Shown here piece after piece: positions 30,246-41,851 of a DNA stretch of 64,000 bases. The stretch is taken from assembly GCA_963755995.1 (NCBI GenBank), contig CAVWLQ010000002.1:129612-193611 (forward strand), written 5' to 3'. The translations under genes were made by a program, and so were the position numbers. The DNA comes from an uncultured Chloroflexia bacterium (lineage in GTDB: Bacteria; Chloroflexota; Limnocylindria; Limnocylindrales; CSP1-4). The notes under the pieces were generated by a model. That model did no database searches. It worked only from the letters and a program-made list of their open reading frames with translations, and had not been told where the DNA came from. Position 1 is the first letter of the stretch. Each line of letters starts with the position of its first letter.

Positions 30246-31788
30246 TTAGCGGGTGCGCGGGAAGCCGAGATCGATCTTGCTGGTGCCCGGATCCGGCCAG
30301 CGTGACGTCACGATCTTGGCCCGTGTGTAGAACTGGACGCCCTCGGGCCCGTACATGTGCAGGTCGCCGAACAGGGAGTTCTTCCAGCCACCGAAGCTGT
30401 AGTACGCGACCGGCACCGGGATGGGCACGTTGATCCCGACCATCCCCGCCTCGACCTCGAACTGGAACTGGCGCGCGGCGCCGCCATCCCGGGTGAAGAT
30501 CGCCGTGCCGTTGCCGTACGGGTTGTCGTTGACCAGCCGAACCGCCTCCTCGTAGGTCGTGACCCGCATGACGGTGAGGACCGGCCCGAAGATCTCGTCC
30601 TTGTAGGCATCCATCGCCGGCGTGACGTGGTCGATGAGCGAGACGCCCAGGAAGAAGCCGTCCGACTCGTCGTAGAGCGGGTGCTGGCGACCGTCGGTGA
30701 CGACCGTGGCGCCCTGGGCGGGGCCGCTGTCGAGGTACGACGCGACCTTGTCGCGATGCTGCTTCGTGACCAGCGGTCCCATCTCCGAGGCCGGGTCGCT
30801 GCCCGGTCCGACGGTGATCCCCGGCAGGCGCGCCCGGATCGCCTCCACGAGCGGGTCCGCGACGTCGCCCACGGCCACGATCGTGGCGACGGCCATGCAG
30901 CGCTCGCCGGCGGAGCCGTAGCCGGCCGAGACCGCCGCGTCCGCCGCCATCTCGATGTCCGCGTCCGGCAGGACGATCATGTGGTTCTTGGCGCCGCCCA
31001 GGGCCTGGACCCGCTTGCCGGCGGCCGTGCCGGTCTCGTAGATGTAGCGCGCGATCGGCGTGGACCCGACGAACGAGATCGCGGCGATGTCCGGATGCGC
31101 GAGGATCGCGTCGACCGCGACCTTGTCGCCGTGGACGACGTTGAAGACACCGGCCGGGACGCCGGCCTCGTCCAGCAGCTCGGCCAGGTAGTTGGCCGCG
31201 GACGGGTCCTTCTCGGACGGCTTGAGGATGAACGTGTTGCCGCGTCGCGATGGCCGTCGCGAACATCCACATCGGGACCATCGCCGGGAAGTTGAAGGGC
31301 GTGATCCCGGCCACGACCCCGAGCGGCTGGCGGATCTGGTAGACGTCGACCCCGCCCGACACCTGCTCGGAGAAGCCGCCCTTGAGCAGGCTCGGGATGC
31401 CGCACGCGAACTCGAGGTTCTCGAGACCCCGGGCGATCTCGCCCAGGGCGTCCGATGGGACCTTGCCGTGCTCCGCGGTCAGCAGTGCGGCGATGTCCGT
31501 CCGGTGCGCCTCGACCAGGTTCCGGATCCTGAACATGATGTCGGTGCGCTTGGAGAGCGACGTCGCGCGCCAGGCCGGGAATGCCGCCTTGGCCGCCGCG
31601 ACGGCCGCGTCGACGTCCGCGCTCGACGCGAAGTCGACGTGCTTGGTCAGGCGACCGGTGGCCGGATCGTAGACCGGCCCTTCCCGGGTCGCGGTCCCGA
31701 CCACGGTCCGCCCGCCGATCCAATGGCTGATCCGGCCGGGCTCGGGCGCATCGGCGCGGCTGGCGTTGGGCGCTTCGACCTGTGTCAT
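30246..31788 (-). pseudogene. mmsA: Methylmalonate-/malonate-semialdehyde dehydrogenase (CoA-acylating, ALDH family); frameshift near 31250-31260
   Basis: N-terminal part in the frame of 31902 up to ...ITPFNFPAMVPMWMFATAIA. Remainder (GNTFILKPSEKDP...MIVLPDADIEMAAD...) in the frame of 30980. Catalytic Cys context in the C-terminal part. Start at Met MTQVEAPN. Confidence 0.8.
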
Positions 31789-31861
31789 GGGCTGGACCTC
31801 GAGGAGTGGGGTCCCCTCACGATACTCCGCGGCCCGTGCGGGCGGGTCGGCGTCCCCCTCC

Positions 31862-32839
31862 TCAGGACCCCGAGGGCGGCTCCGGGTCGGGCCAGGCGAC
31901 ATCGAGCCCGCCGGCGGTCGTCGCGTCGTCGCGTCCTGCCGTCCGGTGGCGGTGAACGGCGAGGACCACGAGGGCCGCCCCGCACGTCACGGCGATCGCG
32001 ATCGCGATGAGCCCGGCCGCATTCAGGTCGCCGGTCACGGCCGGGTCCCGCCACGTGGTCGACACCAGCGCCCTGGCCACCGCCCACAGCCCGATCGCCG
32101 TGAAGAACAGCGACCCGTCCCGGCGCCCGAAGGCCCCGACGACGAGAATCACGGTCAGGACCGCGAGGATCGCCAGGGTCGCGGCACCCTCGATGGCCTG
32201 CGACGGCACCGACGGCAGCGCCGGCAGGAGCGAGCCCCACGGACCGGGCGGCAGGTAGGCCGTCGCCCACGATTCGCGGCTCGGCACGCCCTGCCCGGCG
32301 CCGGTCAGGACCATGGTCAGCTTGCCCGCCCCGAGGACGAACAGGGCCGGGGCCGCGGCCAGGTGCAGCCAGCGCCCCATCGTGCCGCCCAGGAGGCTCG
32401 CGACGTAGGCGCCGCTGATGAACCCGCCCACGACCGCCAGCCCGAGCTCCAGGCCGCCGACGGCCGGATCGAGCAACCGGTCGAGTGCGCCTGCGTAGAA
32501 GGTCTCGTGCAGGAGGAGGTAACCGAGCCGGCCGCCGATGACCGCGCCCGGGACGATCCCGACGGCGATGAACGCGACATCATCGGCGCGGAGCCCGCCC
32601 GATCGGGCCAGGATCCCGGCCAGGACGAGGGCCGTGACGATCATGGCGATCAGAGCGAGAGTCCCCCACCGGACGACGAGGCCGCCGAACAGCTCGGTGT
32701 AGGGATCGAACTGGAACGTCAGGACTGCGATCGGCACGGTGGCGATGAGTGTAGCCAACGCGGGCCTGTCGGCTTGCCGACACCTGGGCTGTCGGCGCAC
32801 GACTCGCCGGACGCCGGTCGCGCGGACATCATCGCCCAT
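31862..32839 (-). CDS. lgt: Prolipoprotein diacylglyceryl transferase paralog (Lgt-like); start uncertain
   Basis: Lgt motifs FQFDPYTELFGG, GGRLGYLLLHETFY, GKLTMVLTGAGQGVPSRESWA, PSQAIEGAATLAIL. The 5' 280 codons of the ORF are low-complexity and non-coding. Confidence 0.6.
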   Translation of the reverse strand: MGDDVRATGVRRVVRRQPRCRQADRPALATLIATVPIAVLTFQFDPYTELFGGLVVRWGTLALIAMIVTALVLAGILARSGGLRADDVAFIAVGIVPGAVIGGRLGYLLLHETFYAGALDRLLDPAVGGLELGLAVVGGFISGAYVASLLGGTMGRWLHLAAAPALFVLGAGKLTMVLTGAGQGVPSRESWATAYLPPGPWGSLLPALPSVPSQAIEGAATLAILAVLTVILVVGAFGRRDGSLFFTAIGLWAVARALVSTTWRDPAVTGDLNAAGLIAIAIAVTCGAALVVLAVHRHRTAGRDDATTAGGLDVAWPDPEPPSGS

Positions 32840-32975
32840 AACGGGGAATCGGACGCAGGATGTCCATCCCCGGCGGCCAATCCGTTGCGACGGGTCTGGG
32901 GGCCCGGCCGCACGCGATCTGCACGTCCGGCCCAGGGTGGGGAGGGCCGGACGTGCGCCACTGATCGGAACGACG

Positions 32976-33785
32976 ATGGCGACAGTCATCCCTTGTCCAT
33001 CCATCAGGCTCCGGGTCGATCTGCTCGGCCGGCTCGATGCACGAACGGCGGACGGCCGGCCCATCCGGCTCACCGGCCGGCACGCCCAGGCGCTCTTCGC
33101 CCTGCTCGTGCTGGCCCGCCGGCCTCGCTCCCGGGAAGCGATCGCCGCCGATCTGTGGCCGGACGCGGACGGGGCCTCCGCCGGCTCCCTGCGCCAGGCG
33201 CTGTGGCTGGTCCGGCAGGGCCTCGCGGACGCCGGCTTCGGTGCCGGGGCGGTCCTGGACATCGAGGCGGACACGGTCGGCATCCGGCTGGACGCGACGA
33301 TCGACCTCGACGTCGACCGTTTCGAGGCGATGACCAGCAACGCCCTGGGGGCCGAGGCCGCCGTCGAGCTGTACCACGGCGATCTGCTCGAGGGGCTCGG
33401 CCACGAATGCTTCGCGGCGGAGCGGGAGCGCCTGTCGGATCGGTTCGAGGACGCCCTGGCGATCGTCGCGGAACGGCGCCTGGCCGACGGCGACGCGGCC
33501 GGGGCGCAGGCCGCCGCCGACCGGCTGCTCGAACGGGATCCGCTGCGCGAGGAGGCCCATGCAGTGCTGATCGCCGTCCACGGCCTCATCGGCTCGCGAT
33601 CGCAGGTCATCCGCCAGTACCGGCGCCTCCACGACGTGCTCGCGCGGGAGCTCGACGAGACACCCTTGCCGGACACCGAGGCGATCTACCGCCTGGCGCT
33701 CGACCAGACCATGCGACGGGCGACGGAACGGGCGGCCATGCTGGACGCGGAACGGAGCCCGCAGCTCCGGGCCGTGCGCAGCTGA
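32976..33785 (+). CDS. SARP-family transcriptional activator (OmpR-type winged helix plus BTAD domain)
   Basis: IRLRVDLLGRLDARTADGRPIRLTGRHAQALFALLVLARRPRSREAIAADLWPD, followed by the BTAD helical region. 269 aa. Confidence 0.75.
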   Translation: MATVIPCPSIRLRVDLLGRLDARTADGRPIRLTGRHAQALFALLVLARRPRSREAIAADLWPDADGASAGSLRQALWLVRQGLADAGFGAGAVLDIEADTVGIRLDATIDLDVDRFEAMTSNALGAEAAVELYHGDLLEGLGHECFAAERERLSDRFEDALAIVAERRLADGDAAGAQAAADRLLERDPLREEAHAVLIAVHGLIGSRSQVIRQYRRLHDVLARELDETPLPDTEAIYRLALDQTMRRATERAAMLDAERSPQLRAVRS

Positions 33786-33861
33786 GACCGGGACCGGATC
33801 CTAGCCGGCCGGAACCATCCCGCGCCATGAGCGTCTGGCGGGCATGCGCTACCCTCGCTCC

Positions 33862-34278
33862 ATGTCCGCCGTCCGGTTCGCCCTCGTCGCCGCCCTGGTC
33901 GTCGTGAGCGGCTGTTCCGCCGCATCGTCATCGCCCGGCGGTGGGGGCTCGCTGACACCGTCGAGCGACCAGCCGTCGCTCGAGCCGGGCCCGAGCCAGC
34001 CTGCGGCCTCGGGCACGATCAGCCTGCCCGCCTCGGTGACCGATCCGATCGTCGCGGAGATCGCCGGTCTGGCGGGTGTCCCGATCGACCAGGTCACCCT
34101 GGTCTCGGCCGAGGCGGTCACGTTCCCCGATGGCGGGCTCGGCTGCCCGGAGCCGGGCATGGCCTACACCCAGGTCCTGACCGACGGCTACAAGGTCGTC
34201 GCCACGGCCGGCGGCAAGACCTACGACTATCGCGGGACCGGCAGCACGTTCCGGCGCTGCACGAACCCCGCCAGCTGA
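33862..34278 (+). CDS. Hypothetical lipoprotein
   Basis: Signal plus lipobox MSAVRFALVAALVVVSGCSA, then a Ser/Pro linker and a small domain. Confidence 0.6.
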   Translation: MSAVRFALVAALVVVSGCSAASSSPGGGGSLTPSSDQPSLEPGPSQPAASGTISLPASVTDPIVAEIAGLAGVPIDQVTLVSAEAVTFPDGGLGCPEPGMAYTQVLTDGYKVVATAGGKTYDYRGTGSTFRRCTNPAS

Positions 34279-34285
34279 GCGGCCG

Positions 34286-35248
<963 letters not shown>

Positions 35249-35377
35249 TCATTGTAGGACCGGCACCGGGGATGGTCGTCGTTCATGGGCTGGCCGGATG
35301 GACGGTCGTCGATGGTGGCGGAGCTGGTCGGCGCGCGACCGTGGTGCCTGACCACCTCACCCACCAGGAGTCCCGCC

Positions 35378-35545
35378 CGTGACGCTCACCCCCGGCCTCA
35401 CCCTGCTTGGTCTCGTCCTCGTCCTCGCCTCGATCCCGCTGGCGTTCAGCCTCGGCCCGCTGGTGATCGGCGCGATCATCCTGGCCTGCGCCGTCCGGCG
35501 CGCCCACCTCGGCCTGGCCGAGCCGCCGTCGGTCAGCCTCACCTG
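35378..35545 (+). CDS. Small (about 55 aa) two-helix membrane miniprotein, absent from the ORF track (below the length cutoff)
   Basis: SD AGGAG 7 nt before GTG. Translation VTLTPGLTLLGLVLVLASIPLAFSLGPLVIGAIILACAVRRAHLGLAEPPSVSLT. Confidence 0.35.
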
Positions 35546-35556
35546 ACGCGGGACCG

Positions 35557-37159
<1,603 letters not shown>

Positions 37160-37882
37160 CTGCGGTGGACTCCCGGTGCACAGGCGATCACGGTGATCGA
37201 CCGGCCGCGCGTGATGCGGGCCCCAAGGCTCGCAGGAGTCGGCTTCCGCAGTCGTGTTCGGGCGATCCTAGCACGTTGCGGTGGGGTTGCGAACCAGGAC
37301 GTCCGTCCGCAACCTTGAGTCCCTTCCGGCCAGGGCGATGGTGCCGATAAGCACCAGGTGAGCGACCCGGGGTAGACTCCCGTTCGAGCGATCCGTCCTG
37401 AGTGCCCGCCACACGCGCGGCGCGACAACGGGTCGACGGTCTCGCCGACGCGCCGTGCGCGAGAGCTGGACCCGCGGGCGCCGGGTTCGTCCGCATCGAC
37501 CGTCCTGGGCCGTCGACCGACGGTCCGCGGTCGCGTCGATCGTCGTCATGCGATCGCATGGTCCAGTCGCCGCGATGGGTCGTCACCCGTCGTGTCGCCC
37601 GTGGTGCACCGCCGGCCGTCGTCCAGGTCCCTGGACGCTCCGGGAAGCCCCAGCTTCCCTCGCGCCCGTCGCCGCCCAGGCCGCCCCGTGTCCGTCGCCG
37701 CCCCTCGCCGCTCCGCCGTCGCCGCCCCTCGCCGCCCCGTCACCCCAGCGCTCATCGCGGTCGTCCCGCGATGTCCCGGCAGAGAGGAGCTCCATTTGTC
37801 CGCCCGGTCCCACGGCGCCCAGCGGGCGTCAGTCCGAACCGTCCGATCGCGTCCTCGCGGCGCCGCATCGGAGGTCTGAACC

Positions 37883-38263
37883 ATGCCCGATGCCGCCTAC
37901 TATCGAGCCTGGCGCGCCGCCCACCCCGAATACCGCGCCCGCCAGAACCACCTCCGCAACGAGCGTCGCCGACGGGGGGGCCGGGGTGACCGAACCGCCG
38001 AGTACGCCCGGCGGCTCAGCCGCGCGATCCCGTCGGTGCCCGGCCTGCACCTCGGCCACGACCTCTTCGAGCAGGCCCGCCGCATCGTCGGTCCGAGACG
38101 GACCGCGCTGACGACCCTGTACGACCCGCTGTACGACGACCTGCTGTCGGAGGCGACGCTGGCCATCCTCGAGGGTCGCGATCCGGCCGACGCGATCCGC
38201 CACTACCGGGCCAACGAGCACACCTTCGGCCGCGTCACGCGTCCGTTGGAGGACGCCGCCTGA
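37883..38263 (+). CDS. Hypothetical protein (126 aa)
   Basis: SD GGAGG 8 nt upstream of ATG. No recognisable domain. Confidence 0.55.
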   Translation: MPDAAYYRAWRAAHPEYRARQNHLRNERRRRGGRGDRTAEYARRLSRAIPSVPGLHLGHDLFEQARRIVGPRRTALTTLYDPLYDDLLSEATLAILEGRDPADAIRHYRANEHTFGRVTRPLEDAA

Positions 38264-38325
38264 GCAGGGCCGCCCGCCCGCGTTGACAAAGCGGGCGGGC
38301 GGCTCCTAGCATCCGCACACAACCG

Positions 38326-38440
38326 AAGAGCTCTTATCAAGAGTGGCAGAGGGACCGGCCCGATGAAGCCACGACAACCTACCGACGAATCGGCAAGGTG
38401 CCAAGTCCGGGCAGGTCCTCCTGCACGATAAGGGAACCTC
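38326..38440 (+). promoter_or_regulatory. SAM-I (S-box) riboswitch aptamer in the 5' leader of the thrC-like gene
   Basis: Near-consensus S-box sequence: CUCUUAUCAAGAG-UGGCAGAGGGACCGGCCCGAUGAAGCCACGACAACC...AGGUGCCAAGUCCGGGCAGG...GAUAAGGG (P1 closing). Downstream CUCCC/GGAGA pairing can sequester the SD at about 38508. Confidence 0.8.
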
Positions 38441-38519
38441 CCTTCGGAGACCCCCTTTCTGGCCAAGGCGGTCGCCCATCCCCGGTCCCGCGGCACCTCC
38501 CGTATGCCCCGGAGAACCC

Positions 38520-39826
38520 ATGGCGATCGAGATCCTCCCCACCCCCGCAGATGCCCCACCCGCGGAGCGGATCCGTGGCCTGCGCTGTCGCGGCTGCGGT
38601 GCCGCCCAGCCGATCGGGCTGTCGTACGTCTGTCCGAGCTGTTTCGGACCGCTCGAGGTGGACTACGACTACGCGGTCGTCGGGGCCACGCTCACCCGCG
38701 AGACGATCGCCGGCCGCGCGCCCGGGATCTGGCGCTACGCCGAGCTGTTGCCGGTCGACGCGCCACCGGCTCGCGGGCTGCCGGTCGGATCCACGCCCCT
38801 CCTGGCCGCCGATCGCCTCGCCCCGGCGCTCGGCTCGACAGGCTCTGGATCAAGGACGACACGCGCAACCCATCGCTCAGCTTCAAGGACCGCGCGGTCG
38901 CCGTGGCCGCCGCCCGGGCCGTCGCGTTCGGGGTCGACGCCCTCGCGTGCGCCTCGACGGGCAACCTGGCCGGCGCCACCGCCGCCGCTGCCGCCGTCCT
39001 CGGGCTGCCGGCATACGTGTTCATCCCGGCGGACCTCGAGCCGGCCAAGATCGACCACGCGCTGGCCTACGGCGCCACGGTCGTCCCGATCGAGGGCACG
39101 TACGACGACGTCAACCGGCTCTGTCTCGAGGTCGCCGACGAGACCGGCTGGGGGTTCGTCAACATCAACCTGCGGCCGTTCTACGCCGAGGGCTCCAAGA
39201 CGCTCGCGTACGAGATCGCCGAGTCGCTCGGCTGGCGGTCGCCGGACGTGATCGTCGCGCCGGTCGCGTCGGGGGCGATGTTCACCCGGGTCGCGCGCGG
39301 CTTCGAGGAGCTCGCCGAGCTTGGCCTCATCGCGCGACGGCCGATCAGGTTCGTCGGCGGCCAGGCCGCCGGCTGCGCCCCCGTCGCCACGGCCTGGGCG
39401 GCCGGCACGGACGTCATCGAGCCGGTCCGCACCCCGGACACGATCGTCCGATCGCTCGCGATCGGCAATCCGGCCGACGGCCGCTACGCGGTCGGGCTGG
39501 CCAACGACTCGGGCGGTTCGATCGAGGCGATCGAGGACACCGTCACCGCCGAGGCGATCCGGGACGTGGCCCGGCTGGAGGGCATCTACCCGGAGACAGC
39601 CGGCGGGGTGACCCTCGCCGCGGCCGCCGCAGCGCGCCGGCGAGGCGTGATCCGCGAGGGCGACGAGGTCGTCGCGCTGCTCACCGGCAACGGACTCAAG
39701 ACGCCCGACGCCCGCTCGCTAGGGCTCGGCGATGGGGTCGCCCGGCCGGGTCAGCCCGGGCTGGCACCCGTCATCCGGCCCAGCCTGTCCGCCTTCGAGC
39801 GCTGGCTCGAGGGGGACGCGTCGTGA
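38520..39826 (+). pseudogene. Threonine-synthase-like PLP enzyme with N-terminal Cys4 zinc ribbon (ThrC/MetM-like); frameshift near 38835-38845 (missing G in CGGG)
   Basis: N-terminus CRGCGAAQPIGLSYVCPSCFGPLEV in the frame of 38520. Remainder (LWIKDDTRNPSLSFKDRAVAV...) in the frame of 38504. Confidence 0.8.
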
Positions 39827-40095
39827 GCACGGTGCGGATCCCGCCGACCCTTCGGACGGCGACCGGTGGCGAGAAGCGCGTCGCGGTCGACGGGGCGACC
39901 GTCCGCCAGCTCGTGACCGCGCTCGTCGCGGAGCATCCCGGTCTGGAGGCGCAGCTCATCGGCCAGGACGGCGACCTCAACCCGTTCGTCAACGCGTTCC
40001 TCAACGACACGGACATCCGGCATCTGCAGGGGCTGGATACGCCGGTCACGGATCGCGACACCCTGGCCCTGCTGCCGGCGATGGCCGGCGGCTGA
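39823..40095 (+). CDS. MoaD/ThiS/CysO-family sulfur-carrier protein (C-terminal -AGG)
   Basis: GTG overlaps the thrC-like stop (GTGA). Sequence VRIPPTLRTATGGEKRVAVDGATV...FVNAFLNDTDIRHLQGLDTPVTDRDTLALLPAMAGG closely parallels CysO/MoaD. Confidence 0.75.
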   Translation: MSTVRIPPTLRTATGGEKRVAVDGATVRQLVTALVAEHPGLEAQLIGQDGDLNPFVNAFLNDTDIRHLQGLDTPVTDRDTLALLPAMAGG

Positions 40096-40136
40096 CCGCT
40101 CGCGCCCTCGTTCGCGGCCGCCTGTCGGCCGCTTGA

Positions 40137-41288
40137 TCAGGCCCGGTCGAGCGCCTGGACCAGGTCCGAGATCAGGTCGTCGGCGCCTTCGATCCCGACC
40201 GACAGGCGCACGAGCGACGGGTCCACCGCGAGGGGCGACCCCGCGACCGACATGTGGGTCATCGCGGCCGGGAGCTCGATCAGGGATTCGACCCCGCCAA
40301 GCGATTCGGCCAGCGTGAACAGGCGCGTCCCCTCGGCGATCGCGATCGCCCGTTCCTCCGCGGTGCGTCCGGACGGCCCGCCGGCGGTCGGCAGGAACGA
40401 CACCATCCCGCCGAACCCCGGGTAGCGCACGTCGGCGACGTCCGACCGTCCCCGCAGGAACGCGACGATGGCCGCGGCGTTCGAGCCGTGCCGCTCCATC
40501 CGCACGTGGAGTGTCCGCAGGCCGCGCAGCACGAGGAAGCAGTCGAGCGGGCCTGGAACCGCGCCCATCGCGTTCTGCAGGAACCGCAGGCGTTGGGCGA
40601 CGGCCGCGTCCGAGGTGACGGCGACGCCCAGGACGGTGTCCGAATGCCCGGACAGGTACTTGGTCGCCGAGTGGAAGACGATGTCCGCGCCGAGTCGCAG
40701 GGGCTGCTGGTTGGCCGGCGACGCGAACGTGTTGTCCACGACGACCAGCGGCCGCCGGCCACCCTCGGCCTCCCGCCGTGCCACCGTGGCCGCGGTCGCG
40801 GCGATGTCGACGACCTTGAGGTGCGGGTTCGAGGGCGTCTCGAACCAGACCAGCCGGGTCCGCTCGGAGAGCGCCTCCCAGAGCGCATCCGGACCGGCGG
40901 ACAGGTCGACGTACCGGGCGTCCACGCCGGCCCCGCGCCGGACCCGCTCGAGATAGCGGTATGTGCCGCCATAGACGTCGTCCCCGACGACGATCTCCTC
41001 GCCCGGTCCGGCCAGCTCGGCGATCGCCGCGGTCGCCGCCGACCCGGAGGCGAAGACGATCCCGTCCGTGCCGCCCTCGAGCGCGGCGACGGCCCGCTCG
41101 AGCCGTTCGCGCGTCGGGTTCTGCGAGCGCGAGTATTCGTAGCCGCCCCGGGGTCGCCCGACGCCGTCCTGAGCGTACGTCGCCGTCTGGTAGATGGGCG
41201 GCGAGACGGCGCCGGTCAGCTCGTCGGGCTCGGCGCCGGCATGGACGGCCAGGGTGTCGAAGCTTGGCTCGCGGTCGGCGTCGGGCAT
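40137..41288 (-). CDS. metB: Cystathionine gamma-synthase/gamma-lyase family PLP enzyme (Cys/Met metabolism)
   Basis: Start at Met MPDADREPSFDTLAVHAG. PLP-Lys context FHSATKYLSGHSD. 383 aa. Confidence 0.8.
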   Translation of the reverse strand: MPDADREPSFDTLAVHAGAEPDELTGAVSPPIYQTATYAQDGVGRPRGGYEYSRSQNPTRERLERAVAALEGGTDGIVFASGSAATAAIAELAGPGEEIVVGDDVYGGTYRYLERVRRGAGVDARYVDLSAGPDALWEALSERTRLVWFETPSNPHLKVVDIAATAATVARREAEGGRRPLVVVDNTFASPANQQPLRLGADIVFHSATKYLSGHSDTVLGVAVTSDAAVAQRLRFLQNAMGAVPGPLDCFLVLRGLRTLHVRMERHGSNAAAIVAFLRGRSDVADVRYPGFGGMVSFLPTAGGPSGRTAEERAIAIAEGTRLFTLAESLGGVESLIELPAAMTHMSVAGSPLAVDPSLVRLSVGIEGADDLISDLVQALDRA

Positions 41289-41293
41289 CGGGA

Positions 41294-41851
41294 TCAGCCG
41301 GCCTCCGTCTCGACCGGCGGCCAGCTGTCGAGCTGGAAGACCAGCTCCTCGCCGTCGATGTCGTCCATCTGGACGCCCGTCTGGTGGAACCCGAGCCGGC
41401 CGATGACGGCCAGCGACGCCGTGTTGCCCGGTGAGACCGACGCCTGGAAGCGATCGACGCCCTGGGCGTGGGCCCAGTCGAAGAGCGCGCGCACGACCTC
41501 CGACGCTACGCGCTGGCGACGGTACGCCGGCTCCACCCGGTAGCCGACCTCGACCCGGCCCTCGTCGTCGGGCGGGGCGTGGAACCCGCACGAACCGACG
41601 ATCCGGCGCGTCCCGTCCGACTCGGTCCGGACGATCGCGCGGCCGAGCCAGGGCTGCGCGCCCGGATCGAGCGACAGGTCGGCGATCCGGAACTGGAGGA
41701 AGTGATCGAGCGTGTCGGGCAGGTCCTCCGGGACGATCGCGCCGATCTCGGCCTCGGCCCCGGCAAGGTCGCGCGCCACGAGGCACTCCATGAAGCCCAT
41801 GGACATCGAGACGAGCTCGAACCGGGCGGTCGGGATCGGCGGGACCGTCAT
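41294..41851 (-). CDS. GNAT-family N-acetyltransferase
   Basis: Acetyl-CoA binding motif RRQRVASEVVRALFDWAHAQGVDRFQASVSPGNTASLAVIGRLGF. Confidence 0.75.
   Translation of the reverse strand: MTVPPIPTARFELVSMSMGFMECLVARDLAGAEAEIGAIVPEDLPDTLDHFLQFRIADLSLDPGAQPWLGRAIVRTESDGTRRIVGSCGFHAPPDDEGRVEVGYRVEPAYRRQRVASEVVRALFDWAHAQGVDRFQASVSPGNTASLAVIGRLGFHQTGVQMDDIDGEELVFQLDSWPPVETEAG

Noticed and set aside
31766-33907. 713-aa plus-strand ORF spanning the lgt paralog and SARP genes
   Set aside because: Spurious high-GC frame. Real genes are the minus-strand Lgt-like ORF and the in-frame SARP starting at 32976.
37430-37470. GTTCGAG motif with GGTAG nearby, considered as a tRNA or tmRNA fragment
   Set aside because: Cloverleaf arms cannot be paired. 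Kept only as part of the unexplained intergenic region.
37455-38111. 218-aa Pro/Ala-rich ORF (and 37402..37989) in the long pckA upstream region
   Set aside because: Extreme low complexity, no RBS, and overlaps the well-supported 37883 gene in another frame. Treated as non-coding.
38264-38325. Hairpin GCGGGCGGGCGG.../CCGCCCGCCCGC just before the riboswitch, considered as part of the aptamer
   Set aside because: Lies 5' of the P1 stem. More likely the terminator of the upstream 37883 gene or a promoter-proximal structure.
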